A DNA stretch of 33,644 bases from Candidatus Omnitrophota bacterium (lineage in GTDB: Bacteria > Omnitrophota > Gorgyraeia > 2-01-FULL-45-10): positions 1 to 33,644 of the forward strand of contig JAPLMG010000099.1 in NCBI GenBank assembly GCA_026387165.1. Direction: 5' to 3'. The notes below the pieces were generated by a model. The model did no database searches, had not been told where the DNA came from, and worked only from the letters and a program-made list of their open reading frames with translations. The position numbers and the translations under genes are program-made. Positions 16,428 to 27,100 of the stretch are shown in pieces (the stretch's first letter is position 1; each line of letters starts with the position of its first letter).

Positions 16428-17963
16428 CTACAGCGGCGTGCGCTGGTTCGTGAGTATCTTGATGTAGGGCGTTTCAACATCCTTAGTGATATTGGGGCAA
16501 ACCACCATATACGATATATTCTGTTTCTCCAGTATCTTGGCTATGCCCTCCGAGTGGAATCCTCCCGTTACGAGCACGGAGACCTGAGCGTTCTCTTTAT
16601 TCATCGCCTGTATCGTATTATCCACGAGAGCCTTATCGCGTTTTATCGCGATGGCGTAGAAATCCTCTAATTTAGGCATGCTCTCCGTAACGGCCTGTGA
16701 AGGCGCGTCAACTTCGTAAGCAAAGCCGTAGCGTGTGGTCATCTTCTTTATAAAGTCCGAGAAAGCCTCATACGCGAACTCTTCTTTGTGCGCTTTGTAA
16801 TAATCGAAATCGCCGTTCAATAGCTTTATGTTGACCAGGCCTATCAGTGTATTTATGTGCCGGGACAGTTTCTCGAGGGTCCTCTGATCATCATTCGCGA
16901 AGAGCTTCTCTTTTACCGCCTCTTCGAACTTCTTTATGTCGTTGAATAACTGCTCATTCTCTATTCGCGAGTACACGGAGTTGTATATTATATAGTTGAA
17001 GAGGTTCGGATATTCCGTAGAAAGCAATACGCCGTACTTCACGGCGAGCGCTCTAAGGTAATCATAGTATTCCGCGGATGATATCTTCCCGACCTTAAAT
17101 TCGAGAGACCTGCTTACAAGCTCCGTAAGCTTCTCTTTATCGAGCTTCTTGGTGATAAGGTCTATTAACGCGGCGCGCTCTTTATCCACTACGCTGAAAT
17201 CTATTTTCTTTTCGTAGATGAGCACGCTTATGAGCTTAAAGAGGTTGCCGTATTGGCGCAGGGCCACTTTATGCTTTTCGCCGAGAGACTCCAGATACTT
17301 AACATAGTCGGTGAACGAAAGTTTCTTGGCCTCATAGTCCTGGTTCTTCGCATCAAGCTCTTTCATCTCTTCACTGTAGACATAGGTTTTGAGCTTATTG
17401 ATGATGGTCTTTATCTGATTGAGGTATCTTTCGGTATCTTCCTTTAAGGGGTAGCTGGAGGTGAATGCGTTTAAATTCTCTATGTAGTAGGAGCGGGTTT
17501 CGGCGCCGAAAAGCTTTATGGGCAGGTCGCTCGTTATTGAAAGGAATTCCGGGCCCGTTATCTCGCCCTTCTTCATGAAGTAATCGGCCACTTCTTTTCT
17601 TATATCGGCATCCGGAAAGGCCTTGAACCATGAGGTATCTATAAAACCATCGGCGCCTTCCACCGATATTAAACTCAAACCATCATTATTAACAAGGCAT
17701 TCCAGTATCTTTATTATGTTGGACTGGGCCTCATAATTGCAATGGGCGTCCTGAATATGGATAACAAGTTTTCCCGGGTCCTTGGACGCATATTTGGCCT
17801 TGATGAGCCCGTAATCGCGCGGGATAACTATCTTTTCGGGATCGGTGGTGATCTGGACTGCCTTTTTGGTATCAGGTGCGGAAGTTTTTGGTATATCAGC
17901 GAATGCGATGTTTGTGAATACGAAGGCGAAGAGAACCAGCGAAGAAACTGATTTCTTAAACAT
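16428..17963 (-). CDS. N-terminal fragment: signal peptide plus conserved IQDAH/EG/GxE/RD/GGFH domain
   Basis: RBS GGAGGA lies ~7 nt before ATG 17963 (MFKKSVSSLVLFAFVFTNIAFA). Colinear homology with the first ~500 residues of the 4969-aa protein. Confidence 0.8.
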   Translation of the reverse strand: MFKKSVSSLVLFAFVFTNIAFADIPKTSAPDTKKAVQITTDPEKIVIPRDYGLIKAKYASKDPGKLVIHIQDAHCNYEAQSNIIKILECLVNNDGLSLISVEGADGFIDTSWFKAFPDADIRKEVADYFMKKGEITGPEFLSITSDLPIKLFGAETRSYYIENLNAFTSSYPLKEDTERYLNQIKTIINKLKTYVYSEEMKELDAKNQDYEAKKLSFTDYVKYLESLGEKHKVALRQYGNLFKLISVLIYEKKIDFSVVDKERAALIDLITKKLDKEKLTELVSRSLEFKVGKISSAEYYDYLRALAVKYGVLLSTEYPNLFNYIIYNSVYSRIENEQLFNDIKKFEEAVKEKLFANDDQRTLEKLSRHINTLIGLVNIKLLNGDFDYYKAHKEEFAYEAFSDFIKKMTTRYGFAYEVDAPSQAVTESMPKLEDFYAIAIKRDKALVDNTIQAMNKENAQVSVLVTGGFHSEGIAKILEKQNISYMVVCPNITKDVETPYIKILTNQRTPL

Positions 17964-18033
17964 AAACACATTCCTCCATTGTTTGTAAATTCGTGACCTA
18001 CCTTTTTATTTCTAACTTTCTGTTAGTACTAAT

Positions 18034-18061
18034 ACTATACTCTATATATACGATGTGTCAA
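18034..18061 (-). promoter_or_regulatory. Putative sigma70 promoter for the 17963-to-148 transcription unit
   Basis: Minus strand reads TTGACA (18061-18056), 16 nt, then TATAGT (18039-18034) in an AT-rich intergenic gap. Palindrome TTAGTACTAA lies at 18023-18032, just downstream. Confidence 0.6.
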
Positions 18062-18105
18062 CCAAAAATAACAAACTATTTTGTTCTTTAACATTTTCCA
18101 CAATC

Positions 18106-21100
18106 TTACGCCGCGCTTAAAATCGCTCTCAGCGCCCGCTGATGCTCGCGCACCTCTTTATCGTAATATATCGGCACGGCCTTCGGTACATATATGAATA
18201 TTCTTCTCATCTCATCTCTCGAAACGCCGGGTATATCAGGCAATTCCCCGACGGTAAACAGCTCAAACAACGCCTCGTAGCTATTAGTGTCAACGAAGAC
18301 GCCGTTAATGTCGCCCAACTCCAGTATTACAAGCGGCGGGATAGCAGATCTTAAGGTTTCGTAATCCTTTATTTCACCTTTCCTGATCCTTAGTCCAACA
18401 TGTCCGGGCGTTCCACTAAATAAGGTAGATAGGCCGTTGACCTCTTCTGCCGTACGCGCAAACGCATGATCGACATATCCTTCCAGGCCAAGGGCCGAGA
18501 TGTACCGTTTCGCGGCATCGTCGTTTCTGACTCTCGGGTCGGTTATTGCCACAACTTCCTTAATAGGATCATCCCCCTTATCGTGTATATCCATCTTCTG
18601 CCATCTGGCGCGTATCTTGTCTCTCAAAGAATAGAGCATGCCCGATTCAACCACGCCTTGTGTCGTTATCGAGACAGCCTTATCCCTCTTTTCAAACAGG
18701 GTATTGAGAGCGGCACTATTGGCGTGAGCGAAGCTCGGGCTTATGGCCTTCGTGCGGCGCTCAAGATCGGCCTTCAGGGCCTCTATGCTGGCCGGCGCCA
18801 CTGCCGGGAGCAGCCGCTCGATCTCAGTGACTTTGGCCGTAAGATCACCGAGCGGTATTGAATCTATATTCGAAGCGTTTATTATCGCTATGTCGGCATG
18901 CGCTTCCCTGAACGCCTTGTCAGACAGTGCCTGGAGGTGCGCTATCGTCTCCCGGATGCCGGCGCCGGACCCTATGTCGAGCACCGCGCCGTATTTTATG
19001 CCGCGTCTCTTCGCCTCGGCCATGAGCTCGGCCGGATTTGACGACTTCATTACGTAGATTTCCGCGCTGCCATTAAATATCCTGTCAATTTCCCGCGCAA
19101 TGGCGGGTCTCTCAAGCGGCGGCACAGAGTCCCCCGGCATACCGACAATGTACGACTTTAGAGATTTCGGCTTCGCGGCTTCACCGGTCTTTATTACCGC
19201 CGAAGACCTCACGAACTCTGTATCCTCGTCTGCGACTATACTGTAATTCCCGGTCTGGGCGGTAACAAATAGATAAGGATTCCGGGCGTTCAATTCTCCG
19301 AGCGCCGTCTTTCCGTCGCCCGAAACTATTCGCGCTCTTCCTGATATCAAATTCAACGTATGATAGCTCTTAAACGTATCGAACTTGGCCGTCCGGCCTT
19401 TCTTAAGCTTCACGCTTTCGGCGTCGATGTTTCTGTCTATTTTTTTGCCATATTGATTCAACACCCACATTCCCAGCATTTCGACAGGCGCAGCCTCAAT
19501 AGCCTCGTCAAGACTAAAATCGACGGTCTGAAGATGTATCCTCCCCGATCTTATGCTCAATACGGAGTTGCATCTTATAGCAATGGTTATGCCGTCTCTG
19601 CTCCTTATCTTGCGTATAACTCTTAAGAGATCGCCACTCTTATGGTTTATGGGCAATTCCCGCAGTTCGTCCGCCAGGGCCTGCAATCGCCCGAAACGAG
19701 TGCCGAGTTGATAGTAATGCCACGGCTTCGGATAGCTCCGAAGCTTCACGGCGTCAAAAAATCTTCTGCCGGCCCTTTCTATCGCGCCTTCGCCGATGAG
19801 CGGCGTTATAGACGGGTCGTATTGTATATTTTTCGGATACTTAAGCTCGTAAGGCCGGGTGAACCGCTCCACGAATCTCGGCATCACCTCTAAATGCTCA
19901 GATCTCTCCACGCCTTCGCGCCTATATTCGGTCAGGCCCAGGACGTCGTTGCTCACGAGCACCTGTCCGTCGGCCTCATTGCCGCTTCCTATACCTATCG
20001 TAGGTATGGTAAGATGTTTTGATACCATCTCAGCCGTACCATCATATACCATCTCAAGAACTATGCTGAATGCGCCTGCTTCTTCCAGCGTGGCGGCGTC
20101 TTCGAGGAGTTTCATCATCTCTATCTTGCTGCCGCCGAATACGCGCGGCCTCCCGAACTGCGGCATGTAGCCGATGTGGCCCATGACGGGGATGCCCGCG
20201 CTAACGAGCGCCCTGACTATCCGGCCCATGTCTCTGCCGCCTTCCATCTTTACCGCATCGGCTCCGGCCTCTATCATGAGTCTCGCGCTGGCTAACGCCT
20301 CCTCGGGTGTATCGTATGAACGATACGGCATGTCGCCTATAACTACCGTCCTCGATCTATCGGCGCCTTCGGAGACCATCCTGATATGTTTTAACATCAT
20401 CTCCATCGTGGCGTAATTTGTCGTCGGATAACCGTACTTGACCATCGCGACCGAGTCTCCGACTAAGAGCATCTCGATGCCCGCGTTGCTGAATGCCCGC
20501 GCCGTTACGGCATCGTAGGCCGTAAGCATCGTTATCTTCTCGCCATTGGCCTTCAATTCCTGTATACGCCGTATCCTGTCGTACGCATCCTCTTCGGCGG
20601 GATAGGCCTTTTCACCGGATGCCGGGACGGACGCGAGTAATATCGGCTCGGCATTCTCTACCATCCTCTTCCCTGAGCGCCAGTTGAGCTGGAGCTCTTC
20701 GTCAACCAATCTCTTGTCTCCCAAAAGCGCCATCATGGCGCCTATATAAGTTCCGTGGCCGAACAATATTACGGTTTTCCCCTTATGCTCCCTGTTAACC
20801 ATGTCTAAAAATTTTCGCGCTCTGATAAGAAGATCCGCAAAGCTTTCTCCGCCCCGCGGCCTGACGTTCGCATCAAAATGTTCACGGTACCTGATCGCAA
20901 GCTTTTTGTCTTCTTCGGAAAGGTCCCGAGGAACTTTATTTTCCCATACCCCGAACGATATCTCGTTCGTCATCCTGTCCGTTATTACGGGAATCTCTCT
21001 GCCCGTCCTCTCTTTGACAAGTTTAGCGAACGCCGCCGCGGTATCTTTTGAGCGGCCGAGCCCGCTTGAGAGAATGACAGGCTCGTCGCCTGATCTTATC

Positions 21101-24100
21101 CTGCTCTCCAGCGCGGCGAATAATTTCCCGGCCGCTTCCACGGACTGCCTCATCCCAACTTCGTCGAGCTGATTCATCTCCCCGTCTACATCTCCCTGGA
21201 AGACATCCGTGATGGTATTGGCTCTTGTGCGGCCGTGACGGACAACCCACAGATCAACTTCGCTCTTTACGACAGGTCCTTCCGGCCCGTATCTGATCCG
21301 GCCGGTATTCGGGTTAACGGCTATTTTACCGTCCAGTCCCGCCAGCGGCGTCCAATCATCCGCAGCCTTAATACCCTTATCGGCGAGGAGCCGGGCGAAA
21401 ATATAGAAAGAGCCGGGGTCCGGCGCGTCACCGTCGTGATAAACATAGTTGAGGCCTCTCAGGCCGGCCTGCGCGGCAGTCTTAAGGACTCTCTCGTTGT
21501 CGTCCACAAAGAGTATCTCGTCCTCACTTATGCCCAATTTGCGGGAAGCCCGCTCTCTGGCTCTGGCAAAAAGCTCAACGTCGTCTTTTCCCAAATGCTC
21601 ATCGCACGTGAAGACGATAAGATCGTTATCGTCAAATATGCAGGGATAAGCTTCATTCAATTTCTTCAGTATAACGGCCGGATCCCCGTTCCACCGGCTG
21701 GAAAGCAATCCGAACTTTATCCCGTTCTGCTTAAGGAGTGAAAACATTGCGGCTACTTTCGCATTCGGGCCTCTTATCTCATACCGCAGCTCGAAAAGCT
21801 GTTCCGGAGTAAAGTCTCTCTTTAGGCCGAACCTTCTCAGCTCTTCGTTTACATAAGTGATATATTCTTCGGCAGAGACCAGGCCGCGCATGACTTTCTT
21901 CTCATATTCTTTATCGCCGTAACAATACAGAAGGCGCTCCAACTCCTCCGCCGCTATCTTTACACCGTAATCTTCCAGGCGCCTGGCCATCTTTATATAT
22001 CTGTCGCCGGGACATTTCAGGAGCACGCCGTCTATATCGAAGAATATCATCTTCGGCAGCTTCTCCTCTGCCGCGGGGTATTGCTTTTCACCGCTACTTT
22101 TGCCGGCGACGCGGGCTTTTAGATAGCTGATAGCTCTTTCCGTTTCGCTCTTCAAAATTGTATGGACGTCCTGTTTCCCGCCTATGCCGTCGAGCAGGGA
22201 TATCGTCAATTCACCGCCCAGATGGCGCCTGAAGCTCTCCAACCCGGGCCATATATTCTTTACAGTGGCCGACCTATCATAAATGGGCAGCCCTATCGCT
22301 TCCAGTAGCGAGAGGGTCCGCTCCAGCTCATTTTTTGAAATATAGCCTCTCGCGTAGGAGATATGGGTATCTATCGCCATGCCGACAGCCACGGCCTCAC
22401 CGTGATTGAGCCGGTGATCTGTCACCATTTCGAGCCTGTGGCCCCACTCATGCCCGTAGTCAAGCGGCCGGGCGAGCTTCGTTTCATACGGGTCGGTGCA
22501 TATCTGTCCCAGATGGGCCATTATGGTGCCCCAGATTATATCCTTCATCCTGCTCCCGGCTGACAGGTCATTATTCAGGACATCCTTGTAATGCCCTTCC
22601 ACTACTTCGAACAGGCCTCTATCCTTTATCAGGGATACTTTAACGACTTCAGCCATCCCGGAACGCATCTGCCTTGTATCAAGCGTCGACAGGATCGTCG
22701 GGTCTATTATCACGGTCTTCGGCGGCTGGAAGACGCCTAAGAAATTCTTCTGTCCGGCGTAATTTACGGCGTTCTTCGTCCCGACGCCCGCGTCGTCCTG
22801 CGCCAATAACGTCGAGGGTATGCGGATATGCTCTACGCCGCGGTGCAGTATACTCGCCGCGAAGCCCGCCATATCGAGGACGGCTCCGCCGCCCACGAGG
22901 ACCATCATCTCTTTCCTGTCGATGCCGAATTTTTCCGCCTCTCTTATGACCCTGTACACATGCCTCATGCCGGCCTTCATGTCTTCTCCGCCCGGCACGA
23001 CCATTATATGCGCGTTTATACCGTATCGTTCTGTATATGCTTTTATCTTCCCGGTCAGCGCCTTGCCCACTCCGCCGTCCACCACGAAGAACGTCTTTTT
23101 GCCGCCTATCTCGCCGGCCAAAAGTCCGTTGGATACGTCGAATACCCCGATGGATAATTTAACTTCGAAACTCTCATCCGGCCGGACACCGACTTTAAAA
23201 GCCCTCTCCGGATTCTTCTCCTTCGCCGGATAGGATTTTTCGCCGTCCTTCAGCAAGCTCAGGACAGGCTCAGGGCCGCTTGTGCCATAAATTAACTTCT
23301 CCCCTTTTCTTACATATATATCGGCGTCTTTGACCGCCGCATTGTCCGGCACCTCAAAGCTTCCGTCGTACGGGTCTTCAAATTTTACATTGAGGCGGCC
23401 GCGTATGATCACGTTTTTGCCTATCTTTATCTCTCTTCCGCCAAGATAGGCCATAGAAGCGCCCTCTATCCGCCAATTCCGGCCGACCTTCCCTTTTATA
23501 TCGTCCTGGTGGAGAGCGAAAGCGGAAGAAAATTCCAACGTGCTCTCTTCCGATACCTGCGCGTCAACGCCGGATTGAGCGAGCCATCTTTTGGCAAGGT
23601 TTGAAATGGCCTTCGCTACGGCAGCCGGCGAATCTTCGCCCGTCATCTCCTTAAAAGAAGCGAAGCATTCGGCGCGGTCGAGCGTGATATAAGATGCCGT
23701 CTTGGCCTGGCCGATGGCATCGAATACCAGGGATTCAAATTTATCTATCAGGCCGTCTGTTACTGCGCCATCTTTAAATATCTTCGCCTTTTTATTCCTG
23801 ACATAGCGGAACGGCGGCGGAGTTGCCGAGGCGAGAAAATCGTATGAATAGACAAAGCGCGAGATAGAACCGTATTCGTAGCCATTCCTGTCTCTTATAA
23901 CCCCGGCTGCCGGCTGATTATATTCCACCACAAAAGGTTCTCCTGTGATCGCGTCTTTTGCCGGCATGCCCAATCCTTCCCCGGGGCTTCTTTTGCGGAC
24001 TAAAACCGTGGTGTGGTCAGAATGTTTTTTTGAATGGTACCCGAGAAGCATTTTGTCTATGACCGGCGTCGGGTTGTCTATCTGGCAGTAAAGGAACGTA

Positions 24101-27100
24101 TCTATACCCCTCATCCCGGCCTCTCTCAAAGCGCTTACGGCGCTTACGGCGCCTCCGCCCGTTCGCGCTTTCACCGTGCGCATCGCGCGGTATAGCCCGC
24201 CGTGGCCATTGGCGGCCCTGAAGAAGACGCCGTCTCCCGCCATGGCCGGATTATCACTGCCCGCTTCACGCGCCGGCAAGCTCTCCTGTTTTATAAAGAT
24301 GACATTCTCTTTGCCCAGGCTGAGATAATTATTCGCGGCGAAATATTCACGCGTAGCGGTATCGTTAAGCTCTGACGTCATTATGAACCACGGGATTATG
24401 CTGCCGTAATGCTTTCCCGCCGCCAGTATCTCATCGGCCCTCGCCTCAAACAATGTCCTGGAGGTTACCGGCATGATGGGGTGCATCCCCTTCGGATAAT
24501 TTATCCCCGCCCTCGCCGCCATTCCGCCGGCGACAGTTATCACTCCGACCCTGCCGCTTCTCAATAATTCCTCGCCCGATTTTTCCATTTCGGAATTCTC
24601 TTCTTTATTATCCGGGAAGATGATATCCTGTGGAGCAATAAGGCCCGCATCTATCTCCTCTTTATCTATCACGGCAAATTCCGCATCGGCGACTTTTATA
24701 TTTTTAAGGACGATCCTGTGGCCGGCCTTCTCTTCGCCTGCCGCGCTTTCAGCAATTAATTGCGGAAGCGCACGGGATAGATCGACGCACCTTTCTATCG
24801 TACCAAAACCTTCCGGATAGAGCAGGCCGTCAAATGATGACGCCGCCCTGTCCATATCCCTTTCGGAACAATTCGGCGGGGATGTGCTTATATGGACCGT
24901 GGAGGGAATAACGCCGTCTTTATTAATAACCTCTTTGATGAAATCCGCTATCTGCCGGCTCTCCGCGGCATCCGTATCTATGTTGAATATTGCCTTGGTC
25001 CGGCGCGGCCTCGTCCCCACGCTGAAATAATCCTGACTGCGGCACATTCTGTTCTCAAGGCCGAGTTTTTCAAGTTCCTCATCCGGCTCTTCCGGACCTG
25101 CCCTGCCGCGACCGAATGAGACCCATATGTGGTGCATCAACCGGCCTTTTTCGGCTATTGTCTTCGCGATCCTCGCGTCCAAGTCGCCTATCTCCTGCGT
25201 ATCCATGTGGTCATCTATAAATATCTGATGATTATCGCTGCTTGAGACATCTGCGCGCTCTACGGCCTCCTCAAGATATTCTCCCGAATCAGAATGACTA
25301 TCGAACACATATACGCTGTAACCGGCATTCGTGCGTATCACTACGTGATATTCCATATCTGTCGGGGCCGCGCCTTCTTTCTGTGAGCGCTTCACGTCTT
25401 CCCATGTTCCGAGGATAAGCCGCCTGCCTTTGACGACCTCGCGGTACCAGTGATTATTTTCGGCATCCCACCTGTAATGCGCCTTATCATAATCGTCCAG
25501 CTGTAGTCCGGATGCGTGAGGATCCGGATATTTTAACAGGGCTCGGCCTTCGTCACCTGCAGGATAGGCTTTTCCGACGCCCGCAAGTTCGGAAACTTCC
25601 CCGGCGGGAATAGCTTTCTCTGCCGGATGGAATTTGAAACTGAACGAATAGAACGAATCTATAAATCTTTCTGCCGTCTCCCGCAATTCGGAGGGAGCGT
25701 CATCTTTATGTACGTCCAGGAAATGCTTAAAGAAAGTTTTCGCTCTGGACCTAAAGCCGGTCTCATCGAAGAAGCGGTCGACCTCGGCTTTCAGTTCCGG
25801 GTGAGCGCATAGATAGCGGTAGAGCGGCATATCGACATCGATAAAATTGCTCCTCTCCTCCATCGCCTCTTCTTTGTCGGTGCCCATCGTGTTTCCGTGG
25901 TTCAATTCGTGGGCAACTTTTTCGGCGGTGATCCATGGTATAGCCCTGGGATATCTATCTCTGTACATTATGAGAGTTTCGATGAATTTTTGGTCGAGCG
26001 TAAGGTGCACGCTGCCGTTCACTATCGTCTTTCCGACCAGGTGGGGTTTGTAAGGTATGACGTGGACCGGGATGGGCGGGCCGCGCTGCGGTATTATTTT
26101 GGAGACGTCTAAAAGCGCCACGCGCAATAGGTCGGCCAGGTCCTGAACTTTTTTAGGAAGACCATTCTTTACCTCAACCCCGCTATTTTTATATATCGTG
26201 ATGCCATCGTATGAAAGCACTCTTTCCCTCATACAGCTATTTTTGCTCGCGATAAATCCTCCGGCTTGGTCATAGTAATAGCCTTCTCTGTCGAGCGATT
26301 CCTGCCACGGCATGCCGGGGATCCTCGATATCCATACGGGCAGTTCCGGTTCTCCCTGTGCGGGATAACCCTTCTCTCCGGACTTTCCCCGCTTTGCCCT
26401 CTTCCATGAATCGGTCACAGCTACGATATCCGGATCGATATTTTCAGTGAGCAGGTAGTCAAAATATGACGGCAGGCTTATCCTTTGCAGCACATCTCTA
26501 ACAAAGCCTTCCGGCGCTTTTATGCTATCCCTCGAGGCTCTTCTATACGCGCTCGACGCGGGTTTCGCGAGCATGAGCGCCTTCAAGTCATAACAATCGC
26601 TCCACTTATCCTGCAGCGCGTAATTTCCTTCGATTATGACTACGGTATCGCGCGTTATCTTAACGGCCTGCTTAAGGCTTAACTTGCCGCCGTTAAGTTC
26701 CGCGTATAGATCTGCGAGATCGAGCGAGATCTCGGGCTCGCCGCTCTTTCTGAAACGCCGCAGCTTCTCGAGCACGTCCTGCTCAAATTTCTCTTCCCTT
26801 AATGAGATACGCTTCCAATTGACGCTAGTAGCGGCTCTACCCATCTCGTCGGCGTATTTAGGATATCTGTCATTGTAGCGGTCACGCAGGAACCAGTCGA
26901 CCCTGACGATCTCGGCTTTCTGACCGGACGATCCCAGTACGGATCTCAGCTCTTTTGCCATCGTCGTCTTCAATGAGCCGGAATTCCCGTCTATCGCTAT
27001 GACGAACGGGCCATCTCTCTTCTGGGCGCGCCATTTCGCTATCTCATCTAATATATATTCTTTTGTATCCCTGGCATCCCTGACAACATTACCGCCGCTG

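Larger units (their letters stand above)
10249..17963 (-). pseudogene. Disrupted or recoded giant gene (~2570 aa if repaired): signal peptide, TIKI/TraB-like domain, YvcK/CofD-like domain, PGI-like domain, conserved C-terminal domain
   Basis: ORFs 16428..17969 and 12894..16376 share a frame and are separated by a single TAG (reads ..NQRTPL*EILSDTGAADAKNVKGSMLAP..). The frame of 10249..12855 stays open upstream of its ATG and overlaps the previous ORF, implying a -1 shift near 12960. Only the joined product has both the family N-terminus and the family C-terminus. Confidence 0.75.

Noticed and set aside
16428-16430. Genome-wide TAG reassignment (alternative genetic code)
   Set aside because: There is only one in-frame TAG in roughly 11,000 codons; a recoded genome would show many. 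No pyrrolysine machinery is present in the window.
19190-19650. Mannose-6-phosphate isomerase cupin domain after PanB
   Set aside because: The sequence is cupin-like (HTLNLISGRARI..YLFV), but no metal-binding motifs were recognised, so it is too weak to call.
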